64,000 bases of DNA, from assembly GCA_050613775.1 (NCBI GenBank), contig JBODTK010000143.1:372001-436000 (forward strand), read 5' to 3'. The notes below the pieces were generated by a model. The model was not told the origin of the DNA. It saw only the letters and a list, made by a program, of their open reading frames with translations, and searched no databases. The position numbers were made by a program, and so were the translations under genes. The stretch comes from Neocallimastix sp. 'constans'. Lineage: Eukaryota. This document shows, in pieces, positions 1-14,470 of the stretch. Position 1 is the first letter of the stretch. Each line of letters begins with the position of its first letter.

Positions 1-160
1 AAAATTAAATATTAAAAAATTGAAGAAACACTATTTTAATTTATTTTGTTAATAATTTGTTAATTATTTATTAATTAAATATTTTAATTTCTAAACTAAA
101 AATATATTATTAATAATTTAATAAAGCAGAAGTAAAATTTTTGAAATTGCCTATAATATT

Positions 161-1085
161 TTTTGCCATACTTCATTCTTTATTTTTACCATCATCATTT
201 ATTTTTAAGCCATATTTCATTTTCATCTAAGTATTATTTTATTATTACAATTTCAACTGTATAATTTTTAATTAATAGTATTTAAATTTATTCAATAAAG
301 TTAAATATATATACATTTTACTGATAATAATATTAATTTAATATTGTTATTTTCTACTTTTATTTTAAATTAAATATTATAATTTCTAATTAAGCAAATG
401 AGAATATCAACTATAAACCTCAAAAAAAAAAAAAAAAAATTTTTTTTTAATTAAATATAATAATTTAACTAAATGAATTTTTTTTTAAACATACAATTTT
501 TTCTTGGAAATGGAAAACAATAATCATAAATTGAAGTATTTCCAAATAATTATAATACAAAATTTTTAAAATTATCAATAAAATAATATATATATATATT
601 TTTGCCATATTTTATTCTTTATTTTTACCTTTACTTTTTTTTTTTTTCACCACATTTAATTTTCATCTTTATATATATTTTAATAATAAAAATGAATATT
701 ATTAAAAATAATTAATTAATTCTTTTTCCTTTAATTATTACTATTGAACTAAATGAATTTAATATAAAAAAAAAATATTTATATTATTAATATTAAACAA
801 AAATACTAGTTTAATTTAAATTTAATAATACAAATTTTAATTACTAAACATAATAATATTTATAATGTTTAGTAAAACATATTTATTAATTTAAGATTTA
901 AACTTTTAAAATTAATATTTATGTTTTACCAAATATTATAATTAATATATATGTTTTACAAAACATTACAAATATTGGGTTACCTGTAACTTTTTTTGTC
1001 ATATCTCATTTATTATATTTACCAATATCATTTTTTTTTTAACCAACATTTTCATTTCATCTACAGATTCTGTTATAGTATAAAT

Positions 1086-1135
<50 letters not shown>

Positions 1136-1474
1136 ATTAGATATTTTTATTGTTGTAATTAGATGAATTAACTTTTATTTCTTTTTAAATTTTTAAATTA
1201 CTAAGGATAAGGGGGTAATTTAAATATTAATAATTGGTAATGTAATTTTACTTTTATTACAATTTTTAATATAAAAATTTCTATCTTCTTTAGTTAACTT
1301 TTTGTTGTTGGTTAATCTATTAACTCGAACGTTGATATTAGAGTACATATCATCCATAGAACTTGCGCCCTTATAAATCGATGAAGGAACTAAATTACCA
1401 TTAGCATCGTTTCTAGGATTAGATAAATCAATGTTAGGATCATATGGAGCCATCACCGCCAAAAACTCCATCAT
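161..1474 (-). pseudogene. Probable decayed coding relic: 84-aa ORF followed by three degenerate ~70-bp repeats
   Basis: ORF 1474-1220 has coding-like composition. Downstream on the minus strand, three related segments (about 995-1062, 601-668, 161-228) read roughly DENxxW..K.(D)GK.K.(W)xMxK, with stops and frameshifts. No family recognised. Confidence 0.3.
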
Positions 1475-2456
1475 TCCTCTATAGTTAATTTCGTTGAAAA
1501 ATTATCAGATTTTTTTGTCGAATTCAATATTACGTTATTTTTAGACATATTTAAATAATAATAATAAAATAAGAAAATATAATAGTTATCATTTAAACAG
1601 TGTATCTTAAAGTAAAATAACAATAATTTAAGAATTAAATGACCTTTTTTCGTATTGAGATAAAAATAACAATATAATTTATATAATTTTTTTTTTTTAA
1701 AAAAAAAATAAAAGAAGAAAAATAAATAAATAATTGCGTGGTTGCTATTAAATTAATATATATATAATTCATTTTTAATTATATAAATATAAATATGAAT
1801 ATTTCAAATGAATTAAAAAAAAAAAAATTTTCTTTTTATAAATTATAATAATAATAATAATAATAATAATAGAAAAATAATTTTATTAATCGTTCAAATA
1901 ATTTGGTAATGCTTCTATTTCTTGGTAATATGATCAATTACAAAAAAAAAATAATAATAATAATAATAATAACATGTCATGAGATAGATATTTATCTTTG
2001 TTAAAGTCCCTCGAGATGTAAATTCAAATTTTTTTTTTTTTTTTTTTTGAAATTAAAAAAGGATGGATAAATAATAATAATGAAAAAATATCAATCTTTA
2101 TTATATATCTAATAAAATTTAACAAATAGTTTAATAGAAGTTTAAAATTTGAACAATAAATGCTTTAGAAATATTAAAATGATCTCTATAAATAATTTTA
2201 TGATGAAGTCAGAGAATATTATTATAGATATTTTATAAGAGTTTCAGTTTTATATTTAAAACATAATAGATTATTATGTTTTAATATATAAGATAAATTT
2301 TAAATGTCTATTCAATGCATAACTGAAATGAAGTAAATATCACAATGTAAGATATCTCAAATTTTAGTAATTATAGAAATGTTACTATAAAATAATAATA
2401 GAATGAATTCTTAAAAAAATAGACAATTTAAGGTTGGTTCTTTTTTTTTTTTTAAT

Positions 2457-2503
<47 letters not shown>

Positions 2504-3187
2504 TAATCAAGTCTTCGGGATAAATAAGCCACTCTTTTTTATTGCCAAGTATGAATTTAGTTATAAAATTAAATACTTAAAAAGGGAACACTCTATTGAT
2601 TGTGCGTTATTGAGGAATCTTTTAAAAAATAGATTTTGATAGGCTAATACAATATTAATATTTAATATTGAGATAATGAATAATATCAAAAAAATTTTTA
2701 TTGAATTTTTATAATATATAATTCAAAAGAAGAATTTAAAGAAATATAGAGAAGATCAAAATACGTAGCTAAACATTGTCAAATTATTAATGAAAAATAG
2801 AATTAATAAAAAAATTACTTTAATGAACTTCAATAAAGAAAGATTTAGAAATGAAATATAGATTAATGTTGAATTTTCATTCTTTAATATCCCATCTTCT
2901 TAATACAAGAAGATTCATATGACTATATTTATGTTATATTAAATAAAAAATATATGTATATAATTTCATTGAATCTTTTAGTATTTCGAAATAAAATATA
3001 AAAAATTCATATTTTAATAAATAATGTTCAATTTTTTTTTTTTTTTTTTTTAATTACAAACAAGAAAAATTTCTAACATGTACCCCAGAAAGGATATAAC
3101 TCTAGTAAAACTAATAAATTTAAAAATAACTCTGAATAACTCTTTAGTACACTATATACATAAAAATAAATTAAAGTTTTTATGAAA

Positions 3188-3371
3188 TGTAAAAGATTAA
3201 ATTTTTTTTTTTTTTATAGGCTGAAAGACTTATGTCTCCCCCATATAATATGGGTGTATGTTTAACTGCCATACCGGTACGGCGTCAATCCTCACAACCT
3301 CCCATAAGCAAAGAAACTCCACTATAGAAGCACTTTATGCGATTCTCAGGGGAGAGCAGAGTGTAAAAGAT
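3188..3371 (-). mobile_element. Short retroposed element (SINE-like or 5'-truncated LINE 3' end) with poly(A) and TSD
   Basis: GC-richer island of about 145 bp (3216-3361). Poly(T) at 3202-3215 is a poly(A) tail on the minus strand. The direct repeat TGTAAAAGAT occurs at 3188-3197 and 3362-3371. Confidence 0.55.
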
Positions 3372-3389
3372 AAAAAAAAAAAACTATAT

Positions 3390-3424
<35 letters not shown>

Positions 3425-4321
3425 TTTTTTCTAAAAGAAAAATTAAATATAAAATAATTGTTTTATATATTTAAGTAAATAAATAAAATTGTATATAATA
3501 TTTAATAATAAGTTCTATATTTAAAAATTATTAGTATCTTGTTATTTATTTATTTAATTATTTTATTACTTCAATAATTTTATTTTAGAATTTTACTAAT
3601 ATTTTAATAATTATTAATACAATATATTATTCATTTAATATATTATTTATTTTTAATTCATCTAATATTCATCTCTACTTTAAATAAAAAAAAATATTAT
3701 TATAAAAAAAATTCATTAACATTATTTGTTTATTAAATTCTTATTATGATATCATTTTATTGTAATTGCTATATCTTTCCTAGTTTTAGAAACAACTAAA
3801 ACTAAAAATAATAAATTATTTTGATATGAATATGGAAGTAATTCATTAATCTATTGCTATAATTAAAATAAAGTTATATATTACATATTTATAAATCTAC
3901 CTATAAAATATATTTACTTATTCTTAAAAAACGTTCTATTTCACCTTATTTTATTTATTTAAAATGAAGTTATGTTACATATTTATAAGCCTATTTATAA
4001 ATTATATTTACTTATTCTTAAAAAACATTCTGCTCTACCTTATTTTATTTAATTTTATATATTAAAAAAAAAAAAAAATAAATACAGAATTACTATTAAT
4101 AATTTCTGTATCAAAGTTTAATAAATATTTTCCTATATTTTTTTAATTTTTGAATTCTCATTTAATAAATACAGATGCACATTTCAACAGTTTAAAAAAA
4201 AAAAAAAATAGCTAAAATAACACATTCTGTTAACTTGGTTAGAATAAAACTTATCATAGACTCAATAAAAAATTAATAAAATTAAATAATAAATAGATGT
4301 AACATATATTATATATATTAA

Positions 4322-4369
<48 letters not shown>

Positions 4370-6007
4370 GAAGAAAAGAAATTAAACAAAAGTATATTAA
4401 ATAAAACATAATTATACAGTAGATCATTATGATGGTTTTCATTTTAAATTGGCTAAACTACTGATAGAATGTATAATTTATATTTTCATTATTAGAATAA
4501 TATATATATTGCATTATTTCTAAGAATGATAAATGTATAAATAATATTATATAATAGTAAATCCACTTTGGATTATTTAATTGATCTTCAGAAATGTATG
4601 TATTTTATGTTTTCCAAATAAAAAAAAAAAAAAATTGAGGTTAATATTATAATATTATTAAATAAGGCTATAATAATTATTACATTATTATTATTTTTAT
4701 TTTATATCTTATTATTACTATTATTATTATTTTATATCTTATTATTCATAATTATTTTAATTATTGTTAGTAAATTAATCTATAATTTAAATATTTCAAC
4801 TAATTAAAAATGATGCTCTTTATAGTTAATAATTAATTTAATATATTAAAATAATATGAAATAATATAAATAATCATAATTTATAATTTAAAAACGTTTA
4901 CAAATATATTAATTGCATATTGATAATATACTGGATTTTATATGCTGAAAGTTAAAAAAATGTATACTACTTATGAAGTTTTTCTTTTTGGATTTGTACT
5001 TCTTTTTATAAAAAAATATTATTTTATTAAATTATTAAGAAATAAAAAATATAGATCATGATAATAATGAATTTAACATTTAATAATGAATATGTTTAAT
5101 ATTATATATATTTTTAAATGATCATTATAGAAAATATATAAAAGAGAAAAAAAAAAAAAAACAATATGGAAAAGTATTTTAAAGTGAAAATTGTTATTTT
5201 TTCTTTTATTATTAATTTTTTTTTTTTTTTTTTTTTAAAAAAATTATATAATTTTATTATAAATAACAATTATTTGAATGTTTTACAAACTTTAAGATAA
5301 ATATTGAAAATAAAATTCTCCAAAAAAATAAATATTGAAAATAAATTTCTCCAAAGAATAAGATAAATTTTATAGTAAAATATATTATAATAATTTTAAT
5401 ATTAATAATTTTAATAATAGTTTTTAATAATAGTTTTAATTTTAATTTTAATAATAATTTTAATAATATGATGATTTATTAATTAAAGATTTATTAGAAA
5501 ATAATAATATTTTTAGGATTTCTCTAATTTATATCTTTTAAGTTAATATTAAAATTTAATTTGGTCATGATGATTAAAATTTGTCATAATGAATAAAGTA
5601 CAATAGAATGTATTCTCCAGTAAAAATGTTTCAAATAAAATAATTTATGTTATATTAACATTTTATTTAAGTTTATATTATAATTCAGTCAATATATGAT
5701 TACTTCCAAAATATAAGAAAATCACTTGCATCATGTGATAAAAATAATGTGGATCAAAAAATGAAATACAGATCAACTTAATTTATATTTCTTGGTTGTA
5801 TAATTTATATATATTAAAGTTAAATATTATTAATCTTTATTAATCTTTATTAAATAAGATAAAAAATAAATAAAAGGTTAATTAATTTATTAATTAATAT
5901 TAAATTTTAAGGTGAAAAATTTTACATATTTAATTATATTTAATTAGTATTATTGTATTATTGTATTTTAATATTTATATCATAAAAAATATGAAATAAC
6001 AATAATG

Positions 6008-6369
<362 letters not shown>

Positions 6370-7751
6370 TATAAATAATAATAAATAATAATAAATAATA
6401 ATAAATAATAAATAATAATAATATATAAATTGTTATTTTATAATAAAAATAATATATAAAAAGTAATAATAATAATAATAAAATAATAATAAAAATATAA
6501 ATTTTGAATTTATAGTAATAACATTAATAATTTTAATAATATCTATTTATATTAACCTTTAAAGTTTGCATTAATATAAATAATTTAATATATAAGTAAT
6601 AGAATGATAATTCTAAAAAGACTTTTCTTCAATGTTTATATTATTTTTATGAAATTGAAATTCAAATAATGATAATAATTTTCATTAATTACAAAATATA
6701 AATTTTATGATATCTATTGTAATTATTTTAATTAAATAAAATATACAATGAATAAAAAAAAAAAAAAAAAAAAAAAAGGTATTTTAATCATTATATGATT
6801 TTATTAAGTCAATTACATGAAGATAACAAAATTTTATTCTATTCTAAAGATCTTCATCAAAGGTTATACTTTCTTTTGAAGTGAAGTCTTTTTAGTATTA
6901 TCATTCTATTACTTATATATTAAATTATTTATATTAATACAAATATTTATTATAATTTAATAATATCCTTATAATACATAGGTATATTATGTTTTTTGTT
7001 TCATATAATGATACAAAAGAAATAAAATGCTTTATAATATGATTAGAACTTTTCTTCACCAGAACAAAATCCAAATCATTTATTTATTTCAATTATCTTA
7101 AATAATTTGAAAAAAGGTTTATTATTTATTAATAAAATAAAATAGCTATATTAATGTTTTTATTAATTTATTCATTTGGAAATAATATTTAAAATAAAAT
7201 ATTTTTTTAAATCTTCATAATAATAAAATTATGATAAATTATAATTATTTATGTAAATATTTATAATACCATATTCTTTAGTATAAAGAAAAATTATTTT
7301 GAAGATGAAATGAATATCTATAATAATAAACTTAAATAATCATTATTTAACAATCTATAAATCATTTGAATTGAATGATATTATTAATAATATAAAAAAA
7401 TTTAGAATAAAAAATTAACAGCTTGTTTAATTAAACCAAAACATGGAATTAATACCTGCAAACATTAATAATATCATCAACAATAAATATAATATTAATA
7501 CTAATGATAATAATAATGATAATAGTGATAATAATAGTGATAATAATGATAATTATAATGACAATAATAAATACTGTAATAATATGGTAATAAATATATA
7601 TATATATAAATAAGTAAATTAATACATTAAAAATTAGAATTATAATACAAAATAAAGTTTGGAAATTGGAAACTTTTCTTATTTAAATAAAAATTTTATT
7701 TATTTAAATGTATTTTAGAAATTAAAATATGGAAAATATAAAATTTATATT

Positions 7752-7995
7752 AATTATATAATACATAAAATACATAAAATACATAAAATACATGAAATAC
7801 ATAAAATACATAAAATACATAAAATACATAATATATATAAACCATATAAAATATATAAACCGTATAAAATATATAAACTGTATAAAATATATAAACTGTA
7901 TAAAATATATAAAATATATAAACTGTATAAAATATATAAAATATATAAACTGTATAAAATATATAAAATATATAAACTGTATAAAATATATAAAA
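7752..7995. repeat. Compound minisatellite built from 9-bp units (ATAAAATAC / ATAAAATAT / ATAAACTGT)
   Basis: Visible 9-, 18- and 27-bp periodicity. It explains the spurious YIK/FYTVYI ORFs. Confidence 0.9.
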
Positions 7996-9497
7996 TTTTG
8001 AAAATATTTTAAATAAAGTAATTATATGTAAGATATATGGTGTTATAATTAATACTTTCATATATATTTTTATTTACTCTTATTATTATTACATTTGTAA
8101 TATTTAATTATTAATAAATTTTTTTTAAAATAATTCATCAGAACCATTTTAAATAGAGTTTTAATTTAAAAGAGATTTTCTTTTTTTTTTTTTTTAAAAA
8201 ATGATATTCTATTAATCCTATTATAATTAAAATATTATTAACTAAAGATTATTATTATTATTATTCAACTCTATTTTAGACAATAGTATAATTAAAAATT
8301 ATAAAGAAAAAGAACATGTTTTTTTTTTTTTTATTTTATTTATTTTATTTTTTAAAAAAAATATATATATATATATTAAAAGTTAAAATTATATTATATT
8401 TATTAATTAATTAATAAAATTTTTAAATATAAAACTTATATTAATTAATAATGGAAGATAATATATCATATAAATAATAAATAAGATTTAAAAAAATAAA
8501 AAAAATAAAATAAATAAAATAAAATTAATACTAAATAAATCAACGAATAAGATAAAACAAAAAAAAAAAAAAAAAAAGTAAATCCTAATTAAATTTTTAT
8601 ATTAAATATACTTTATACCAATTTTAAAATTTTAAATATACTTCAGATTTGCAAAAAAAAAAAAAAATGTCTTTACCAAAAACATAATAATTAAAATTAT
8701 ATTTAAATATTGTATAATTAAATAGTATTTATTAATAATAATTAAAATTGTTCTTGATTAATTGAAAATAAATTAAAAATAATGAAAATCAGTGTGATAC
8801 ATGTAAAATTTTAAAAAAAAAATTCTATAATATTTAGAATCCTAATTTTAGTGAAATATTAAAAATATAAATTTAAATATCTTTAAATATTAAACTATTA
8901 AATATTTTAGTATTATTTATCCATAAATAATATGTATTATATTATTATTTGATATTAAAGAAAAAATTTTTTGTTATTACTTTTTTCTTTATAAAATTTA
9001 AATATTAATTAATATTATATTATTATATACTAATTATACCATAATTGTCAAATGTTTATTATTTTATTGATTATTAAATAATTGAAAATGTTTATTTTTA
9101 ATATATAATTTTTATTATTATTAATATTGTTATTATTTAATTTCTATGGTGTATAACTAAATCATTTATTGGTTATCTTTTTCCTTTATTTAATCTTTTT
9201 AATTAATTAATTAATTAAATATCCATATTTAATTATCTGTAATTGTTCATTAAATTATAGTTACTTTTTACTTTTTAGTATAAAAGAAATGGATTTGAAT
9301 CTTTATTTTTATTATATATCATATTTAATCTACTTTAACTTTTAAAAAATTAATAAAAGTTATAATAAAAAGTAATATTATAATTATTACTTTTTAACTT
9401 GTGCATAAAAAAAAAATTAAAAAATATTTATTATTGAAATTTTGTTATATACTTTAATTAATTACATAATAATTAACAAAAAAAAAAAAAAACCAAT

Positions 9498-12345
9498 ATG
9501 AGGAGTTTTTTATTTATTCCTTTATTAAGTAATTATTATTAAATATTATTATAACAGTACCATTTGTTTAAAATTATATAATTTAAAAAACTATATATAT
9601 ATAAATTAAATGTTTGAATTCTAAATATATCTAATATAATTATATTTATTATCTATTTTCTTTCTATCTAATAATATAATATCATGATAGTAACCACCGT
9701 ATTCGGTGCATTCTTAAGTGGATTAAACAGAGAATTTGATGAAATAGATTTAAAAATAGTTGACTTATATGTCACTATGCCAACTTCTCAAGTAAATAAT
9801 TTAATTAATATGGCTCAAATCTCTTCTTTTGATATCCAATCTAAGGGTGCTAATAATATTCCAGATTTTAAATATGAAAATGCCTCTGTTGTTGCTAAAT
9901 GGAATGGGTAAAAAAAAAAAGTTATTCATTATATTGATATAAAAAAAAATATCATATTTTAATAGTAAATACTTAATTATTAATATTATTGTTCTTAATT
10001 ATATATATAAATATATAAATTTTTTTTTAAAAAAAAAAAAAAATTTTAAATTTAATAATATAGCAAATCTCAAACATATGATAAAGTTACTTTTAAAACT
10101 GGTGGTATGTATGGTCGTTCTTATGATAAAGTTGGTTACAACCTTAAATTCGATAAAAAATTTTTAGGTCGTAAAAGTTTTAAAATTAGACCAGATTCTG
10201 GTGATGCTAGTAAAATCCGTTCAAAATTATGTTGTGATATTGCTAATCGTATAGGTTTACCATCCATTCAAGGTTCATATGCTAGACTTTATATGAATGG
10301 TGAATTCTGGGGTTTATACGTCTTTATGGATTCTATTAAACCATCTTGGATTAAACAAACCTTTAACCCATCGGAAAAGGAAGTTACTACTTTATACCAA
10401 TGTAAAACTGGTGGTTTTAATTTCAAAGCAAATTCAGCTTATACATGTATAAATGCTAATGACGATTATCAACATATGAGTGCATTTAATTCCTTTGTAA
10501 ATGCTGCTAATAATGCTAAGAATGTTTCTGAACTTGAAAAAATTATGGATGTTGACATCTTCTTGAAGTATTTAGCTATGGAATGGTTAATTGGTTCTTC
10601 TGATCATTTTATGATTTATGGTCATAATTTTGACTGGTATAAAAGAGAAACTGATGGTAAATGGGTGGTTATTTACTATGATTATGATAATACCTTCGGT
10701 AATGGTGCAAGCGTCTCATTATGGGCAAATAAAGGATTAAATCAAGATGGTACTGGTGCCAATCGTGGTAATCAACCTGTTTACTACTCATTTGCCGACT
10801 GGGAAAAGAATATTCCGATTATTAAAAAGTTAGTTTTTGATAATAAAGCCAAATTTAAGCAAATTGTTCATGACGTCTTAGTTCAAGGTTTCAATCCAAA
10901 TCTTTTAAATTCACGTATTAATGAACTTAAATCTTTCCTTACACCTTACATTAAGGAAGATTCAACTCCAAATAGAAATGGTTCATTACCAGGAAGAATT
11001 AATAGAGCTGGTTCCAAAACTTCCTTATCTGTTGGTTCCTTCGAATATAATATTGAAAATAGTGTTAAGAGTTGGATTAAAACTAAATTTGATGTAGCAT
11101 GTAGTAATTATAATTTCAGTAAAACTGATATTTTAAATCAATCTTCAAAATTTAATCCAAAACCATACGATTATACTGGAACTGGTGGTAAACCAACTAC
11201 TACTACTACCACTACTACTACTGTTACTTCCACTATTGAAAAACCAAAGACCACTACTACAACTACAACTACTTCTACTCCAAAACCTTACGTATCTGGT
11301 AAGAGATATGATATTATTAAAGAAGGTAGTTCTAAGGTTTCCACTGAATGGAGTAATTGGTCATGGGGTGTGGAATCTTTCAAATTTGATTCCCAAGGTA
11401 ATATGATTAATAATATTAATGCTGGTGATTGGGGAGCTGTATCCTTTAAGAGAAGTGATACTGTTAAGTTAGGTAGTGGTATATTATATTTCAAGGCTAA
11501 AGCTGATGTTAATGATGCCAATCTTCAAGTTTTAGTTCATACTACTAATGATGAAGTTCTTACTATTGGAAATGTTAAAGGTATTTCTACAACTAAAATG
11601 ACTGAATATAGTGTTGCTATTGATGTAGCAGATGATGTTAAATTCAATAGAATTTCTATTCAAGATTCTACTAATAAGGGTCTCACATTAACTCTTAATG
11701 ATGTTTACTTTATGGATGGAGCTACTATTACTAATACTACCACAACTAAACCAACTACTACTACCACCACTACCACCACTATTAAGAAAACTATTACTAC
11801 TGCTATTGCTTCAAATCCAACTTCTGTTGGTGGTACAAGATATGATATTATTAAATCCGGAGATAAAAAAATTAGTAATGGTTGGGAAGATTGGTCATGG
11901 GGTTTTGATAGTTACAGATTTGATTCTAAGAGTAATATGGAATTCAAATTTACTCCTGATAAATGGGGAGCTGCTTCCTTTAAAAGACCTAATGTTAGAT
12001 TAGGATCAGGTGTTTTATACTTTAAGGCTAAAGCTAATGTTGCTAATGCCTCTCTTAATATTTATATTCATGCCATAGATGAAGATTATATTTTCATTAA
12101 TAGTATTAAAACTCTTAGTACTGAAATGACGGAATATAGTGTTGAAGTTAAGGTAGCTAATAATGTTAAATTTAATAGAATTACCATTCAAGATTCTACA
12201 AATAAAGGATTTACATTATCTCTTAATGATGTTTATTATATGGATGGTGCTACTGTAGTTAATAAGGAAACTACCTCTATTAAACCTACCACTACTACAA
12301 CTACAACTACAATTATTAAACCAACTACTACATCAATTAAGCCAT

Positions 12346-12379
<34 letters not shown>

Positions 12380-13271
12380 CACTATTAAACCAACTACCAC
12401 ATCAATTAAGCCATCCACTACTACTACTACTACTACATCAGTTAAACCAACCACCACTACTACTACTACTACTAAGAAAACTACTACCACCACTACTACC
12501 ACTATTAAGAAAACTACTACTACTACTATTGCTTCAAATCCAACTTCTGTTGGTGGTACAAGATATGATATTATTAAATCCGGAGATAAAAAAATTAGTA
12601 ATGGTTGGGAAGATTGGTCATGGGGTTTTGATAGTTACAGATTTGATTCTAAGAGTAATATGGAATTCAAATTTACTCCTGATAAATGGGGAGCTGCTTC
12701 CTTTAAAAGACCTAATGTTAGATTAGGATCAGGTGTTTTATACTTTAAGGCTAAAGCTAATGTTGCTAATGCCTCTCTTAATATTTATATTCATGCCATA
12801 GATGAAGATTATATTTTCATTAATAGTATTAAAACTCTTAGTACTGAAATGACGGAATATAGTGTTGAAGTTAAGGTAGCTAATAATGTTAAATTTAATA
12901 GAATCACCATTCAAGATTCTACAAATAAAGGATTTACATTATCTCTTAATGATGTATATTATATGGATGGTGCTACTGTAGTTAATAAGGAAACTACCTC
13001 TATTAAACCTACCACTACTAAGAAGACTACAGTCACTACTAAGAAAATTACCACTATAACTACTAAAAAAACTACTACAACTACAATTAAAAAATCTACT
13101 CCTACTAGTATATTAATACCAACTCCAGCTGGAGGATGTAAGACCTTTAGTAAGGGTTATTATGCATGTGGAGGTTTAAATTATCCAGATGCTTCCCCAT
13201 GTTGTGAAGAAGGTTTCAGATGTGAATATGTTAATGAATATTATTACATGTGTGCCTTAATTCTTTATTAA
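9498..13271 (+). CDS. Secreted CotH-family (spore-coat-type atypical) protein kinase fused to 3 x CBM29-like modules and a C-terminal CBM1; exons 9498-9528, 9691-9907, 10064-13271 (1151 aa)
   Basis: Two GT-AG introns join in frame to give the signal peptide MRSFLFIPLLITTVFGA. CotH motifs: KTGGMYGRS, YNLKF, YARLYMNGEFWGLY, GSSDHFMIYGHNF, W..IYYDYDNTFG. Thr-rich linkers follow. Three modules (about 11303-11720, 11838-12250, 12561-12972) carry WxxWSWG, WGAxSFKR and FNRIxIQD, like Piromyces NCP1 CBM29. The C-terminal YYACGGLNYPDASPCCEEGFRCEYVNEYYYMC fits CBM1. Confidence 0.9.
11776..13020 (+). repeat. Intragenic direct duplication (723-bp offset) of CBM29-like module plus flanking linker
   Basis: GCTTCAAATCCAACTTCTGTTGG starts at 11808 and at 12531. 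The module translations are identical, and I see only two synonymous differences within the module. Confidence 0.95.
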
Positions 13272-13356
13272 AAAAATAAAAAAAAAAGAAATATAAATAA
13301 TTATATATAAAAATATATATTAGTATAAATGTTATAAAAAAAAAAATTAAATATTC

Positions 13357-13387
<31 letters not shown>

Positions 13388-13587
13388 ATTTATTTATAAG
13401 CAAATAAATAAATTATATTTCTTATTTAAATAGTTAAATATATTTATTAAATAGTTATAGTGGTTATATTCAGTAATTAAATCAAAGTTTGTAAAATAAA
13501 ATATTCAATAATAAAAATATCATATATATATATATATAAAATATATAAAAATAATAATTAAAAATATATATATATATATATAAATAA

Positions 13588-13633
<46 letters not shown>

Positions 13634-14037
13634 AATAATTAAATTTATTAAATTATATAAAATATAAATTATATGTAATATTTGATAAAAATTTTATTAT
13701 AAATTTTTAAAAAAATTTTGTATAATAAAAATATATAACAAATAATAAAAAAATAAAAAAATATATATAAATTTTTTAGCAAATAAAAATAAATATATCT
13801 ATTTAATTCTTTTTTTTTTTTTTTATTAAATATATTAAATATAGAGTTGTTTAATTTAACTTTATTATGTTCTATTACTATTGTTAAAAATCTTATTATA
13901 TATGGAAATTCAATTATATTAAATTTCAATAGGACCCTTTAAAAAAAAAAAAAAAAAAAAACGTTTTTCTATTTTATTTCATTAAGTTGTCATTAAATAT
14001 TAATAAAATATATTTTTCCTTGGTTGTCTCCATTACC

Positions 14038-14068
<31 letters not shown>

Positions 14069-14337
14069 AAAATAAAATAAAATAAAAAAATAAAAAGAAA
14101 ATTTTATTAATATGTTACGTATGTTATATGGTTCATCTTAACAGATAATGAATAAAAAAAACTATGGAAACTTATCAAAATAACGTATTCCGAGATAAAT
14201 ATAATCTATCTTTGATTATTAATATACTAGTAAAAAAAAAAAAATTAAAATGAATATAATTTATATTTAAAAATTAAAATTTTAAATACTTAAAAAATTT
14301 ATTTTAATACCAAATTGACTTTTTATTAGATAGTATG

Positions 14338-14377
<40 letters not shown>

Positions 14378-14417
14378 TTTTTTTTTTTAATCAAATATCT
14401 CTTTTATTTATTTATTT

Positions 14418-14431
14418 ATCTTAATGATGGG
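14418..14431 (+). repeat. Left target-site duplication of LINE (ATCTTAATGATGGG)
   Basis: An identical 14-mer recurs at 19346-19359, directly after the element's poly(A). Confidence 0.9.
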
Positions 14432-14470
14432 CCCCAATGATGGAACCGAAGCTGTATGGTTTCTGAGGGG
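14432..14470 (+). other. Kink-turn / box C/D-like RNA hairpin at the LINE 5' end
   Basis: CCCC-AAT-GA-T-GGAACC-[GAAGCTGTAT]-GGTTTC-T-GA-GGGG gives a canonical stem, a 3-nt bulge, tandem G.A pairs, a U.U pair and a second stem. Confidence 0.55.

Noticed and set aside
13135..13255. Fungal dockerin (CBM10-like) at the CotH C-terminus
   Set aside because: The Cys/aromatic pattern CGGxxY...C...C...N.YY..C fits CBM1, and the dockerin WGxENxxWC motif is absent.
14432..14470. SECIS element (AUGA...GA core with loop AA) enabling readthrough of the LINE TGA at 15828
   Set aside because: The upper helix is only 6-7 bp versus about 11-12 in SECIS, it lies in a 5' UTR, and the TGA is simply explained as a nonsense mutation in an already frameshifted copy.
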